Shown piece by piece: positions 10,518 through 20,073 of a stretch of DNA of 64,000 nucleotides. The notes under the pieces are model-generated. The model was not told the origin of the DNA and made no database searches. It saw nothing but the letters and a program-made list of their open reading frames with translations. Both the position numbers and the translations under genes were made by a program. Within the stretch, counting starts at the first letter, position 1. The number at the start of each line of letters is the position of its first letter. Source of the DNA: an uncultured Verrucomicrobiae bacterium (GTDB lineage: Bacteria > Verrucomicrobiota > Verrucomicrobiia > Chthoniobacterales > Chthoniobacteraceae); the NCBI GenBank assembly GCA_963836755.1, contig CAWIKF010000001.1, positions 192,001-256,000 on the forward strand, read 5' to 3'.

Positions 10518-10946
10518 TTATTTGTAAGAATAGATGAGGCAGAAATTCGCCGGCTCGCCTTCCAGCTCCTCAATCTGCACGTAATACGGACCGCTCACGT
10601 CGGGCGAAAGCCCGGCCGCGGCGCGATTCGGATCAACATAAGGCTCGGTCGAAAGCGCCTTTCCGGTTTCGTCAAAAACCGTGACTGCAAGTTTCTGGCC
10701 CTTGTCGCTCGCGCCGACGGAAAACCAATATTGATTGCCGGCAAAAAGATTCACCTGCACGAGAAGTTTCTCTTTCGGATGGATAACGCCTGTAAAACTT
10801 CCGTCCCGCAGCTTGAATCCATCGTTTGAAAAGGCGCCGGCGAGATCGAGCACCGTTTTCCTCGCGGCAACTTCGTCATCGGTGGTCGCGCTGAGCGTCG
10901 TGGCGAACGCGCCGAAAATGAGGAGCAGGGAAGCGGCGCGAATCAT
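10518..10946 (-). CDS. Secreted hypothetical protein, probable beta-sandwich (PPC-like)
   Basis: Signal peptide; NQYWFSVGA...VTVFDETG...GPYYVQI strand pattern; tight operon junctions. Confidence 0.65.
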   Translation of the reverse strand: MIRAASLLLIFGAFATTLSATTDDEVAARKTVLDLAGAFSNDGFKLRDGSFTGVIHPKEKLLVQVNLFAGNQYWFSVGASDKGQKLAVTVFDETGKALSTEPYVDPNRAAAGLSPDVSGPYYVQIEELEGEPANFCLIYSYK

Positions 10947-11743
10947 TTTTGCATGATGCTTTTCTCGAGATCGCCCGCTGTGGCTTTCAAAGTTTTGACG
11001 GCGTCGAGCGTCGGAGTTTGATCGCGCGGAAACGAGACTTCCTGCTCAATGTCGGCGAGTTTTTTCTCCACGTTTTTCACCACTTCCTCGCTGCGCACTT
11101 TTTCCGGCAGGCTGTCGATTTTCGCGCGCAGAAATGAAACGGTCGCTGGCTGCCGGAGCAATTTTGCAGCGGGCGCCGAGTAATTGTCGGCGATCCAACT
11201 GCTCACAACTTCGGTCCCGCGAATCCAGCCGCCGAGCGTGACGAGCGTGACGAGATCCTGGTCGTGCTGCCCGTTCATCGCGATTTTGACTTCGTTTTGC
11301 GTCGCTTCCAATTCTTCTTTGAGCGCGCTCCAATCGTTGGTTTCCGCAAAATCGGTGATGCTTTTTCCGCGACTCATTACGTTTTCGCTCACGGCCAGCG
11401 CGCGCGCGAGCGTGATGATGTCTTTGCCGATATTTTTCACCTGCTGGCTGTCCTCAGCCTCGACCGCGAGATAGCCGTCGGCGATGAGACCGCCGAGGTT
11501 CAGCGCGATCTGCGGGCGGCTTGTGAATGTGGTCGGAATCGGCTGGCGATATTCCCCCTGCCAGTTTGGTTTGCCGACTTTATTGAGCGCCGCCATGAGT
11601 TCGCCGGGCGTTGGAATCGTGAGCGACTCGACCTTTGTCGCCTGCGCCATTTCCGCTGCGGTCAAATTTTTGACGCTAGCCGCGAAGCCGCATGAAATGG
11701 ACATCGCCAGCGCGACGCCCAGAATGCTTCCGCGAAAAATCAT
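10943..11743 (-). CDS. Secreted all-helical hypothetical protein
   Basis: Signal peptide; IPTPGE, ALNLGGLIADG, LGGWIRG; 4-bp overlap with the next gene. Confidence 0.7.
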   Translation of the reverse strand: MIFRGSILGVALAMSISCGFAASVKNLTAAEMAQATKVESLTIPTPGELMAALNKVGKPNWQGEYRQPIPTTFTSRPQIALNLGGLIADGYLAVEAEDSQQVKNIGKDIITLARALAVSENVMSRGKSITDFAETNDWSALKEELEATQNEVKIAMNGQHDQDLVTLVTLGGWIRGTEVVSSWIADNYSAPAAKLLRQPATVSFLRAKIDSLPEKVRSEEVVKNVEKKLADIEQEVSFPRDQTPTLDAVKTLKATAGDLEKSIMQK

Positions 11744-11849
11744 GCGCGACTTTAGACCAACGCCGCACGGCATGTCAGCAGTTAATCTCGCGGCGCGGCG
11801 CGATGTGGCGGATGGAAAAGCGCGCGCGATCTGTTAGCTTCGCGCGCAC

Positions 11850-12644
11850 ATGGCCGACCAACCGGATTCACTCAAGATCGCCGACCGCGAGTTCACGTCG
11901 CGGCTGCTGCTCGGCACGGGCAAATTTTCCTCAAACCAATCGATGGCCGCTGCGCTCGCGGCCAGTGGCACGGAGATCGTGACTGTGGCATTGCGACGCG
12001 CGGATTTGTCGGGCAAAGGCGACGCATTTGCGAACATCCTCGATTTCATCGATCCGAAAAAATATCTGCTGCTGCCGAACACGAGCGGCGCGATGAATGC
12101 CGACGAAGCCGTGCGCCTGGCGCGTCTCGCCGCGGCTGCCGGACTGCCGCGCTGGGTGAAACTCGAGATCCATCCCGATCCGCGCTATCTCCTGCCGGAT
12201 GGCGTCGAAACTTTGCGCGCCGCGGAAATTTTGACGCGCGAGGGTTTCACCGTCCTGCCTTACATCAATGCCGATCCGGTGCTGGCAAAGCGTCTGCAGG
12301 ATGTTGGCGTGGCTACCGTCATGCCGCTCGGCTCTCCGATTGGCAGCAACCGCGGCATCGAGACGCGCGCGCAGATTGAAATCATCATCGAGCAGGCGAC
12401 CGTGCCCGTAGTCGTCGATGCAGGACTCGGCGCGCCGAGCCAGGCCGCGGAAGCGCTTGAAATGGGTGCCGACGCCGTTCTCGTGAATACCGCCATCGCC
12501 ATTGCCAGCGACCCGGAGCGGATGGCGATTGCATTCAAAAAAGCCGTCGAGGCTGGCCGCGATGCTTTTTTGATGGGACTTGCCGAGCCGCTTTCCGAAG
12601 CGTCGGCGACGAGTCCGCTGACCGGATTTTTGCGGAGCTCCTAG
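11850..12644 (+). CDS. thiG: Thiazole synthase
   Basis: [36 protein letters not shown]. Confidence 0.97.
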   Translation: MADQPDSLKIADREFTSRLLLGTGKFSSNQSMAAALAASGTEIVTVALRRADLSGKGDAFANILDFIDPKKYLLLPNTSGAMNADEAVRLARLAAAAGLPRWVKLEIHPDPRYLLPDGVETLRAAEILTREGFTVLPYINADPVLAKRLQDVGVATVMPLGSPIGSNRGIETRAQIEIIIEQATVPVVVDAGLGAPSQAAEALEMGADAVLVNTAIAIASDPERMAIAFKKAVEAGRDAFLMGLAEPLSEASATSPLTGFLRSS

Positions 12645-12721
12645 CCACGCGGAGAATTTCGGTCCGCCGCGCAGCAAGCGGATGACAAAACGCGGCGGAC
12701 GCGTTATGGGATTACGCGTCG

Positions 12722-13510
12722 ATGCCATTGCTCGAAGTCAAAAATCTCAAGACTTACTTCCCGGTTTACGGCGGCGTGCTCCGCCGTCACATCGATGACG
12801 TGAAGGCGGTGGACGACGTCAGTTTTTGCGTGGAGCAGGGGACGACGGTCGGGCTCGTGGGCGAAAGCGGCAGCGGCAAGACGACGATAGGCCGCACGAT
12901 TTTAAAGCTCGAGCCGGCGACATCGGGCGAAATTTTTTTCGATGGTCGCGAAATTCTCGCGATGCGCGAAAGTCAGTTCCGACCGTTGCGGCGCGAGATG
13001 CAGATGATTTTTCAAGATCCGTTCGGCTCGCTGAATCCGCGCATGACCATCGCCGCGATCGTTGGCGAAGCGCTCGAGATTCATTTTCCAAAAATGACGC
13101 GCGGCGAACGGCGCGAGCGCGTCGCGGAACTGCTGCGGCAGGTCGAGCTCAATCCCGAGATGATGGCGCGCTATCCGCACGAATTTTCCGGCGGTCAGCG
13201 GCAGCGGATCGGCATCGCACGGGCGCTGGCGGTCAAGCCGAAGTTCATCGTGTGCGATGAGGCGGTGAGCGCGCTCGACGTGAGTGTGCAGGCGTCGATC
13301 GTGAATTTGCTGCAGGATTTGCAGGAGGAACTCGGGCTCACGTATTTGTTCATCGCGCACGATCTCGCGGTGGTCGAGCACGTCAGCGATCACGTCCTCG
13401 TGATGTATCGCGGGAAGATCGTCGAGTCTGCAAGCGCCGAGGCCATTTACGAAAATCCGCAGCACGATTATACGAAAAAACTGCTCGCGGCCGTCCCGCG
13501 ATTCGCCTGA
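12722..13510 (+). CDS. Oligopeptide/dipeptide-type ABC ATPase (OppF/DppF-like)
   Basis: [33 protein letters not shown]. Confidence 0.9.
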   Translation: MPLLEVKNLKTYFPVYGGVLRRHIDDVKAVDDVSFCVEQGTTVGLVGESGSGKTTIGRTILKLEPATSGEIFFDGREILAMRESQFRPLRREMQMIFQDPFGSLNPRMTIAAIVGEALEIHFPKMTRGERRERVAELLRQVELNPEMMARYPHEFSGGQRQRIGIARALAVKPKFIVCDEAVSALDVSVQASIVNLLQDLQEELGLTYLFIAHDLAVVEHVSDHVLVMYRGKIVESASAEAIYENPQHDYTKKLLAAVPRFA

Positions 13511-13524
13511 TTTTTTAAAAAAAC

Positions 13525-14637
13525 ATGACACCGCTGCTGCGCAAATTTCTCGGGATGAACTGGGTGCTCTTCGGCCTGATGATGGCGCTCGCCATCTTCG
13601 GCGTGGTCGCGATCTACAGTGCGACTTTCATGCGCGACGATGTGTTCGTGCAAAACTTTTGGCGGCGCCAGGCGATGTGGGTCACGATCGGCTTCGTCGC
13701 GTTCATCGTCGCGAGCCTCGTCGATTACCGCTGGATCAAATGGGGCGCGCTGCCGATGTATCTCGCCGGGCTTGCTTTTTTAGTTTTGACGCGCTTCATC
13801 GGCTCCCGCGTTTACGGCGCGAAAAGCTGGATCAACATTGGCCCGATCAATTTCCAGCCGGCGCAGCTCGCGGTCATCGCGGGCATCATGGTGATGGCAC
13901 TTTTCCTCAGCCAATTTCGCAAAATGCATCCAATGCTGCGGCTCTTTTTCTGCGGCGCCATCTGCGGCGCGCCGATGTTGCTGATTTTGATCCAGCCCGA
14001 TTTGGGCGAAGTGATCATCTGGGCGCCGGTCATTCTCGCGATGCTCTTCGTCGGCGGAATGCCGCTTCGTTACTTGATCTGCATCATTTTGGTCGGGCTC
14101 GCCGGCATCCCGATCATGGTTTTTTTCGGCCTGAAACATTACCAATATGAGCGCATCACGGCGTTCATTAATCCCGACGTTGATCCGCAGGGATCGGCGT
14201 GGGCGATCAATCAATCGCTCATCGCGATTGGCTCCGGAGGCTGGGCTGGCAAAGGATTCAAGGCACCGAACACGCAGATCGAGCTCGGGTTTTTGCCGCA
14301 GACCGCGATTCACAACGACTACATTTTTTCGGCGATCGGCGAGCAGTGGGGCTTCCTCGGCGGTGTCGTGCTCGTGAGCGCCTTTGCGTTGCTTTTAATG
14401 ACCGGACTTTTCGTCGCATTCAAAGCGTCCGATGACCTCGGGCTCTTGATTTCGGTCGGATTCATCACGCTTATTTTCACACACATTTTCCAGAATATAG
14501 GAATGACGATTTCCATCCTGCCGATCACGGGCGTGCCGCTCCCGCTGATCAGCTACAGCGGCTCATTTGCGCTGATGATCATGTTCGCGCTCGGGCTCGT
14601 GAACAGCGTCTGGATTCATCGCAAGGCCATTGTGTAG
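13525..14637 (+). CDS. rodA: SEDS-family rod shape-determining protein RodA
   Basis: GAKSWI, FQPAQ, QPDLG, AIGSGG, HNDYIFS, TGVPLPLISYSGS. Confidence 0.88.
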   Translation: MTPLLRKFLGMNWVLFGLMMALAIFGVVAIYSATFMRDDVFVQNFWRRQAMWVTIGFVAFIVASLVDYRWIKWGALPMYLAGLAFLVLTRFIGSRVYGAKSWINIGPINFQPAQLAVIAGIMVMALFLSQFRKMHPMLRLFFCGAICGAPMLLILIQPDLGEVIIWAPVILAMLFVGGMPLRYLICIILVGLAGIPIMVFFGLKHYQYERITAFINPDVDPQGSAWAINQSLIAIGSGGWAGKGFKAPNTQIELGFLPQTAIHNDYIFSAIGEQWGFLGGVVLVSAFALLLMTGLFVAFKASDDLGLLISVGFITLIFTHIFQNIGMTISILPITGVPLPLISYSGSFALMIMFALGLVNSVWIHRKAIV

Positions 14638-14642
14638 TCAGT

Positions 14643-15032
14643 TCACGGCGTCGCGATTTTTAGATATTCTTCGTTCGCGGTTTTTACAAAACGTGCGTCG
14701 CTGTCCGCCGGTTTCTGCGCGCGGTAAATGAAAAATATCTGGCTGTCGTCCATCCCAGCTTTGAGCATTTCCGTGTCGCGCGCCTTGATCTTTTGCGCGG
14801 CGATCAGCGGCTTGCCGTGGAATGTCCCGAGCGGCGTTTGCGGATCGGCGGCCGGCTTCACGAATTGTGAATCGCCGACCGCAGTTGGCTGAGTCACGTG
14901 CTCAAGTTGCGGGCGGCGGATGTCGTCGATCCACGTGAAGACACAAACGATGAACATGCCCGCAAGCATCGCGATGCCGAGGCGCGCCGCCCAAGGTGCG
15001 AATTGCAAGCTGTTATCGCTCTGTTGCATCAA
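14643..15032 (-). CDS. Hypothetical single-pass membrane protein
   Basis: N-terminal hydrophobic segment; follows plsC on the same strand. Confidence 0.55.
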   Translation of the reverse strand: MMQQSDNSLQFAPWAARLGIAMLAGMFIVCVFTWIDDIRRPQLEHVTQPTAVGDSQFVKPAADPQTPLGTFHGKPLIAAQKIKARDTEMLKAGMDDSQIFFIYRAQKPADSDARFVKTANEEYLKIATP

Positions 15033-15059
15033 CGTTTATCCGACGAAGAAAACCTGCGC

Positions 15060-15680
15060 TCATTTTTCAGGCAGGGAAAGTGCGGCGATCCGCTCCATTA
15101 CTCGCTCGCTGAGCTTTTGGTAAAGATCGCGTCCGCTTCCGACGAGATCTTTTTCAGTAAAAAAAATCGGTTCGCCGACGACAATCGTGATCCGATGCGG
15201 CTTCGGATATTTTGCGCCCATCGGGAACGCTTCGAACGCGCCAAAGATGCGCATCGGCACCACTGGCGCCAAAGTTTTCGCGATGATCAGCCCGAGCCCG
15301 GGTTGCGCCGGCTGCAAATTCCCATCGCGCGTGCGCGAGCCTTCGGGAAAAACCGTCGTGCAATGACCGGCCTTCACAAGTTTGATCACGGTCTTCAACG
15401 CGCTCATGTCCGCGCGATCTTGGTCGACGGGCACGACGTTGAGCTTCGGAAAAATCGGACCAAGGATCGGCCATTTCAGCAAACTTTTACGCGCGAGAAA
15501 ATGAATCGGCCGTCGGCAGCAAATGCCGGCGAGCGGAGGATCGAGAAAGCTTTCGTGATTCATCGCCAGAATCGCCGGCCCGCTTTCGATGATCCGCTCG
15601 CGATGGATCACGCGGAAGCTAAACAGCGCGCGCGCCAAGAATCGCGAAAGGTTGTAGCCGAAGCGATACCAGCCGCTCAT
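15060..15680 (-). CDS. plsC: 1-acyl-sn-glycerol-3-phosphate acyltransferase
   Basis: NHESFLD, FPEGSR. Confidence 0.92.
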   Translation of the reverse strand: MSGWYRFGYNLSRFLARALFSFRVIHRERIIESGPAILAMNHESFLDPPLAGICCRRPIHFLARKSLLKWPILGPIFPKLNVVPVDQDRADMSALKTVIKLVKAGHCTTVFPEGSRTRDGNLQPAQPGLGLIIAKTLAPVVPMRIFGAFEAFPMGAKYPKPHRITIVVGEPIFFTEKDLVGSGRDLYQKLSERVMERIAALSLPEK

Positions 15681-16336
15681 TGCGGTTGCAGTTGGAGGCC
15701 TTTCAATTTCAAGCGGCCAATGATCTCGCCCACCACGCCGTCGATCGTCAGGTGCGAGCTATCGATGACGTGAGCGTCCTCGGCGATCACGAGCGGCGAA
15801 GCTTTTCGCGAAGAATCGCGCCGGTCGCGCGTGTTGATTTCATCGGAAAGTCCCTGCAGCGCGCGCCGCCGCGCACGGACTTCGGCGGAGGCGTCTATGT
15901 AAAATTTGTAAGGCGTGTCGGGAAAAACCACGGAGCCGATGTCGCGGCCTTCCATCACGAGATTGCCGCGCTCTGCATAAGCGCGCTGCAACGCGACGAG
16001 CGTCTGCCGCACCTCCGGCAGGCTCGAGACGGTCGACACATTTTGGTTCACCGCTTCGTCGCAGAGGAATGGCGTCGGGTCGATTCCGTCGATCAGGATC
16101 GTCGACTCGGAATCGCGCAAGCCGCATTCGATTTTCATCCGAGCGAGAAGTCCGAGCACGGCGTTGAGGTCGTTTGCGTCGACTTGTTGTTGTAAAACAA
16201 ACCAAGTCACTGCGCGATACATCGCGCCGGAATTGACGTAAAGAAATTTTAGCCGGCTCGCGAGCGCTCGCGCGACGCTGCTTTTGCCAGAAGCCGCGGG
16301 GCCATCGATTGCGACGACGGTTTCCGGCACGCTCAC
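15677..16336 (-). CDS. cmk: Cytidylate kinase
   Basis: AIDGPAASGKSS, GAMYRA, EGRDIG; the GTG start overlaps the aroA stop. Confidence 0.95.
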   Translation of the reverse strand: MSVPETVVAIDGPAASGKSSVARALASRLKFLYVNSGAMYRAVTWFVLQQQVDANDLNAVLGLLARMKIECGLRDSESTILIDGIDPTPFLCDEAVNQNVSTVSSLPEVRQTLVALQRAYAERGNLVMEGRDIGSVVFPDTPYKFYIDASAEVRARRRALQGLSDEINTRDRRDSSRKASPLVIAEDAHVIDSSHLTIDGVVGEIIGRLKLKGLQLQPQ

Positions 16337-17688
16337 GATCTGGAATGCGCGTCGTTCTGCGAGAGAAACCCGGTGATCACTGGCGTCTGCGGTTCCCTGC
16401 GCGGTTTCATGATTTGCTCGAGCGTGGCGTGAAAGCCGGGATACGAAGTCTCCACGCAATCGACATCCTCGATGATCGTGTCTCCATCGGCGAAAAGTCC
16501 CGCAACCGCAAATGCCATTGCGATCCGATGATCGCCAAAACTCTGCAGACGCGCACCGTGGAGCGGGCTGCCGCCGATGATCTCGAGGCCGTCTTCGCGC
16601 TCCGTGACTTCCGCACCCATCGCACGTAGATTTGTCGCAATCGCCGCGAGACGATCGGTTTCTTTGACCCGCAATTCCTTCGCATCGGCGATCACCGTGA
16701 TGCCGCTCGCGAGCGCGCCCGCGACGGCGAGGATCGGAATTTCATCGATGACATTCGGAATTTCCTTGCCCTGAATGATCGTCCCTTTGAGCCGCGTGCC
16801 CTTGATTTCAACGGAGCCGCGCGGTTCGCTTTCCTCGCCTTCCTCGATGATTTCGCGCACGTGCGCACCCATGCGCAGCAGCACGCCGAGCACGCCGGTG
16901 CGCGTTTCATTCAGGCCGACATCCTTCACGAGTAAATGCGAATGCGCGCGGGCGGCGGCGGCGACGAGCCAAAATGCGGCGCTCGAAATATCGCCCGGCA
17001 CAGTGAAATCGCGCGACTCGGGAGTCTGCTCGCCGTGGATCGAAACGCTGAGATCGTCCTTTTGCGGACGCACCAAAAAGTAGCTCAGCATCCGCTCCGT
17101 GTGATCCCGACTTTGACTCGGTTCGGTAACCGTCGTTTTACCTTTGCCAAACAAAGCGGCGAGCAGGATCGCGCTCTTCACCTGCGCGCTTGCGATCGGC
17201 ATGAAATATTGGATCGGCTGCGGCTTCGCGCCTTCGATAAGCAGCGGCGGCGTCTGTTTTGGGCCTTCCGCCGTGATGCGCGCCCCCATTTCCGCCAGCG
17301 GTTCCATCACGCGTTTCATTGGACGTTTCGAAAGCGATTCATCGCCGATAAGCCTGCTGCGAAAAGGCTGCGCGGACAAAAGTCCGGCGAGCAACCGCAT
17401 CGTCGTGCCGGAATTTCCGCAGTCGATGTCTCCCTTCGGCGCGGTCAGCTTCCGCTTTGTTCCGTGCACGACTAGCGTCGTCGGTTCCAGCGTTTCGATC
17501 TCAATCCCGAGCGCCTGCATCGCCGCGACTGTGCGCAGACAATCTTCGCTCGGGAGGAAACCTTTGATCACGCAGGGGCCGTTTGAAAGCGACGCAATGA
17601 TGACGGCTCGGTGCGAAATACTTTTGTCGCCGGGCACGCTGATTTCGGTATGGATGAGCGGCGCCTTCTGGACTTTCCAATGGGTCAT
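16333..17688 (-). CDS. aroA: EPSP synthase
   Basis: PGDKSISHR, GNSGTTMR, SAQVKSA, RDHTE, ELRVKETDR, DHRIAM. Confidence 0.97.
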   Translation of the reverse strand: MTHWKVQKAPLIHTEISVPGDKSISHRAVIIASLSNGPCVIKGFLPSEDCLRTVAAMQALGIEIETLEPTTLVVHGTKRKLTAPKGDIDCGNSGTTMRLLAGLLSAQPFRSRLIGDESLSKRPMKRVMEPLAEMGARITAEGPKQTPPLLIEGAKPQPIQYFMPIASAQVKSAILLAALFGKGKTTVTEPSQSRDHTERMLSYFLVRPQKDDLSVSIHGEQTPESRDFTVPGDISSAAFWLVAAAARAHSHLLVKDVGLNETRTGVLGVLLRMGAHVREIIEEGEESEPRGSVEIKGTRLKGTIIQGKEIPNVIDEIPILAVAGALASGITVIADAKELRVKETDRLAAIATNLRAMGAEVTEREDGLEIIGGSPLHGARLQSFGDHRIAMAFAVAGLFADGDTIIEDVDCVETSYPGFHATLEQIMKPRREPQTPVITGFLSQNDAHSRS

Positions 17689-18545
17689 TTTTTGTTCCTT
17701 TTCAAAGTGTCGCGCCGCTGCTTTGCCTCGGTGAGAAAGCCCTCCAGCGAGCGTGCATCGGCAGTGTCGAGCAGTTTCAACACATCGCGCAAATTTTCAA
17801 TCATTGCGTTGACGGACTTCGCGAGCGCCGCGCGATTTTGCTCGAAAATTTCCGCCCACATCGCAGGCGGTCCCGAAGCGATGCGAGTCGTGTCGCAAAA
17901 ACCTGGGCCCGAAAAATCGAGCGCGTGCGGGTGCTCGGCAACGGCGAGATTCACGAGCGCGGCCGCGAGCAAATGCGGCAGATGGCTGACACGCGCGATG
18001 ATTTCATCGTGGTCAGCGGGTGAAAGAATTTGCACGCGGCCTCCGAGCATTTCCCATAATTCGCGCACGGTTTTGATTGCGAGCGGTTGAGTCGTCGGCT
18101 CGGGCGTGATGATGCATGCCGCGCCTTCAAACAAATCTACTCTCGCCGCCGCCAGCCCGCTCTGCTCCGAGCCCGCCATCGGATGGCTGCCGATGAAAGT
18201 TCCGCCTTGCGCGAAGATCGGTGAAAGTTTTTCGACGACTGAAAGTTTGACGCTGCCGACATCGGTGACGACGGTTTCCGGCGCGATCACCTGTGCGATT
18301 TTTTCCGCAAGCGCTGCCATCGAACCGATTGGAACGCAGAGCACGACGAGCTGCGCGTCGGCGACGACCGCCGCGAGATCCGTGGATGCAATCTCGCCGA
18401 GCCCAGCGTCGCGCACTTCCGCGATAGCACTTTCACGCCGAGCCCACAGCGAGATTTGCAGAGACGGCTGGCGCGCGCGCAATGCGAGTGCGAGAGAACC
18501 GCCGAGCAAACCGGGGCCAACGATCGCAATTTTCGAAACATTCAT
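17685..18545 (-). CDS. tyrA: Prephenate/arogenate dehydrogenase
   Basis: GPGLLGGS, DVGSVK, SHPMAG, SHLPH, DTTRIA. Confidence 0.95.
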   Translation of the reverse strand: MNVSKIAIVGPGLLGGSLALALRARQPSLQISLWARRESAIAEVRDAGLGEIASTDLAAVVADAQLVVLCVPIGSMAALAEKIAQVIAPETVVTDVGSVKLSVVEKLSPIFAQGGTFIGSHPMAGSEQSGLAAARVDLFEGAACIITPEPTTQPLAIKTVRELWEMLGGRVQILSPADHDEIIARVSHLPHLLAAALVNLAVAEHPHALDFSGPGFCDTTRIASGPPAMWAEIFEQNRAALAKSVNAMIENLRDVLKLLDTADARSLEGFLTEAKQRRDTLKRNKK

Positions 18546-18550
18546 GCGAC

Positions 18551-18589
18551 AAAAAATGAGGCGCGACACCGTGTGGCATCGCGCCTCAT
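18551..18589 (-). terminator. Intrinsic terminator-like hairpin after the lipoprotein gene, directly before tyrA
   Basis: 11-bp perfect stem ATGAGGCGCGA/TCGCGCCTCAT followed by a T-tract on the minus strand. Confidence 0.65.
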
Positions 18590-18614
18590 CAAACTTTCGT
18601 CTCGCTGCGCAGGG

Positions 18615-19034
18615 TTACGGAACGAGAAAAATCTTGCCGGTGTAAGGATCTTTGACTTCGGTGCCCGGCGGAAATCCGCGCACGTCAACGTAGCCGGAAT
18701 ACGGTGCATGCGGGCTCGTGACGAAGCCCGGTTTCCCTGGGACGGGCGTGCCGTAGGGATAATCTTTCCGCGCCGGCGCGTCGCCCGTCTGTGTCCTCTC
18801 AGTTTTGATCGATGGCGGCGGTGGCGGCGGGACATTCTGCGTGGTGGTGGTGGTCGTCGTCGTCTCAGCGGGGTTCGGCGTCGGCTGGACGTCTTGATTC
18901 AAAACCTCAGTCTCCGTGCCTTGATAACCGTAGCGGCTCTGTCGGCTGTGGTGCTGCTGCTGCTGGTCGCCTTCGCATCCGGTGAGCGAAAAAAGTGCGG
19001 CAAAAACGACGGTGGTGAAATAGATTCGTCTCAT
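18615..19034 (-). CDS. Lipoprotein with low-complexity linker and C-terminal PGKPGFVTSP..KIFLVP domain
   Basis: Lipobox LTGC; poly-Q, poly-T and poly-P linker; short C-terminal motif I recall from Verrucomicrobia hypotheticals. Confidence 0.75.
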   Translation of the reverse strand: MRRIYFTTVVFAALFSLTGCEGDQQQQHHSRQSRYGYQGTETEVLNQDVQPTPNPAETTTTTTTTQNVPPPPPPSIKTERTQTGDAPARKDYPYGTPVPGKPGFVTSPHAPYSGYVDVRGFPPGTEVKDPYTGKIFLVP

Positions 19035-19095
19035 AAGTCCCGTGAATGGAGCGGCACTCTTAGCGGATTCGGTCCGTGGTGACAACTGCAATATC

Positions 19096-20073
19096 TCAAA
19101 CGACGCGCAGTCCCGTTTGTAGTTGCTCGCGCAAAATCGCCGTCATCTGTTCGGGCGCCTCGAGCGCGCCGAGCGGTCCGACGTTCGGCAAAATGACCAG
19201 GGTCCCGTTGCGCAGCGATGCGCGCAGCCGGTGCGCCCACTCGATCGGCGCAGTCGGCGTCGCGTCGCTCCATAGCAGCGTCACCGGCAGCGGGAGCATT
19301 TTGATTCGCGCTTCGAAATCAAAGCAAAGCCGGCCTGCGTGCAGGTTCGCAATGGCGTGCTCGGCGCCGTATTGCTGCGCGCAGGTCGCGTAGACATCGA
19401 CCACTTCGTCCGTCACGCGGCTCGCATCAGCAAAGCCAAAATCGGTCAGCCACGCGCGGATTGCGCCATTGGTCAACTGATAATTGCGATACAAAAACCG
19501 ATTCAGCAGCGGCATCGCGGCCGCCATTTTCGTGCTAAGCGAAAGCTGCCGCTGGCCAAACTCCGTCAGCCCCGTCGGCATGTGCAAAATCAAACGCGAC
19601 ACCAGCTCCGGATGCTGGCTTGCCACCAGCACGCAAAGGCCGCCGCCGAGCCCGCTGCCGATCAGCACCGGCGGCTCGTCGCACGTCGCGCGGATAAATT
19701 CTGCGAGCGCGCGTCCGTAATCCTCCGCCGCAATTTGGCCGCCGGGCCGCGCCGATTCGCCGAAGCCGATCAAGTCCGGCGCGATTACGCGGCACGTGGC
19801 GGCAAATTCCGGGTAAACGCGCGACCATTCATACGACGACGCGCCGGGACAGATGGCGTGCACGAACACCAGCGTCCGGCCCGCGCCGGATTCATGGTAA
19901 ACCATTTGGCCGAGGCTCGTGTGCAGCACTTTCGTCTTGAAAACCGCGGGCGAAATCGTGTCGGGCACGCGCGCTTGCGTCGCAGGACGCACGGCATATT
20001 TCAGGGCGACCAAAATCGCGCCGAGGAGACCTGCGCCGAGTCCGACGCCCCAAAATTTCCGGTCCCGCGCCAT
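19096..20073 (-). CDS. Membrane-anchored alpha/beta-hydrolase-fold protein (probably non-catalytic)
   Basis: APDLIGFGES motif; N-terminal TM segment; nucleophile elbow reads GSGLG. Confidence 0.8.
   Translation of the reverse strand: MARDRKFWGVGLGAGLLGAILVALKYAVRPATQARVPDTISPAVFKTKVLHTSLGQMVYHESGAGRTLVFVHAICPGASSYEWSRVYPEFAATCRVIAPDLIGFGESARPGGQIAAEDYGRALAEFIRATCDEPPVLIGSGLGGGLCVLVASQHPELVSRLILHMPTGLTEFGQRQLSLSTKMAAAMPLLNRFLYRNYQLTNGAIRAWLTDFGFADASRVTDEVVDVYATCAQQYGAEHAIANLHAGRLCFDFEARIKMLPLPVTLLWSDATPTAPIEWAHRLRASLRNGTLVILPNVGPLGALEAPEQMTAILREQLQTGLRVV

Noticed and set aside
11744..11849. TPP riboswitch before thiG
   Set aside because: The short divergent gap lacks the TPP core motifs and a -10 box lies 9 nt from the ATG.
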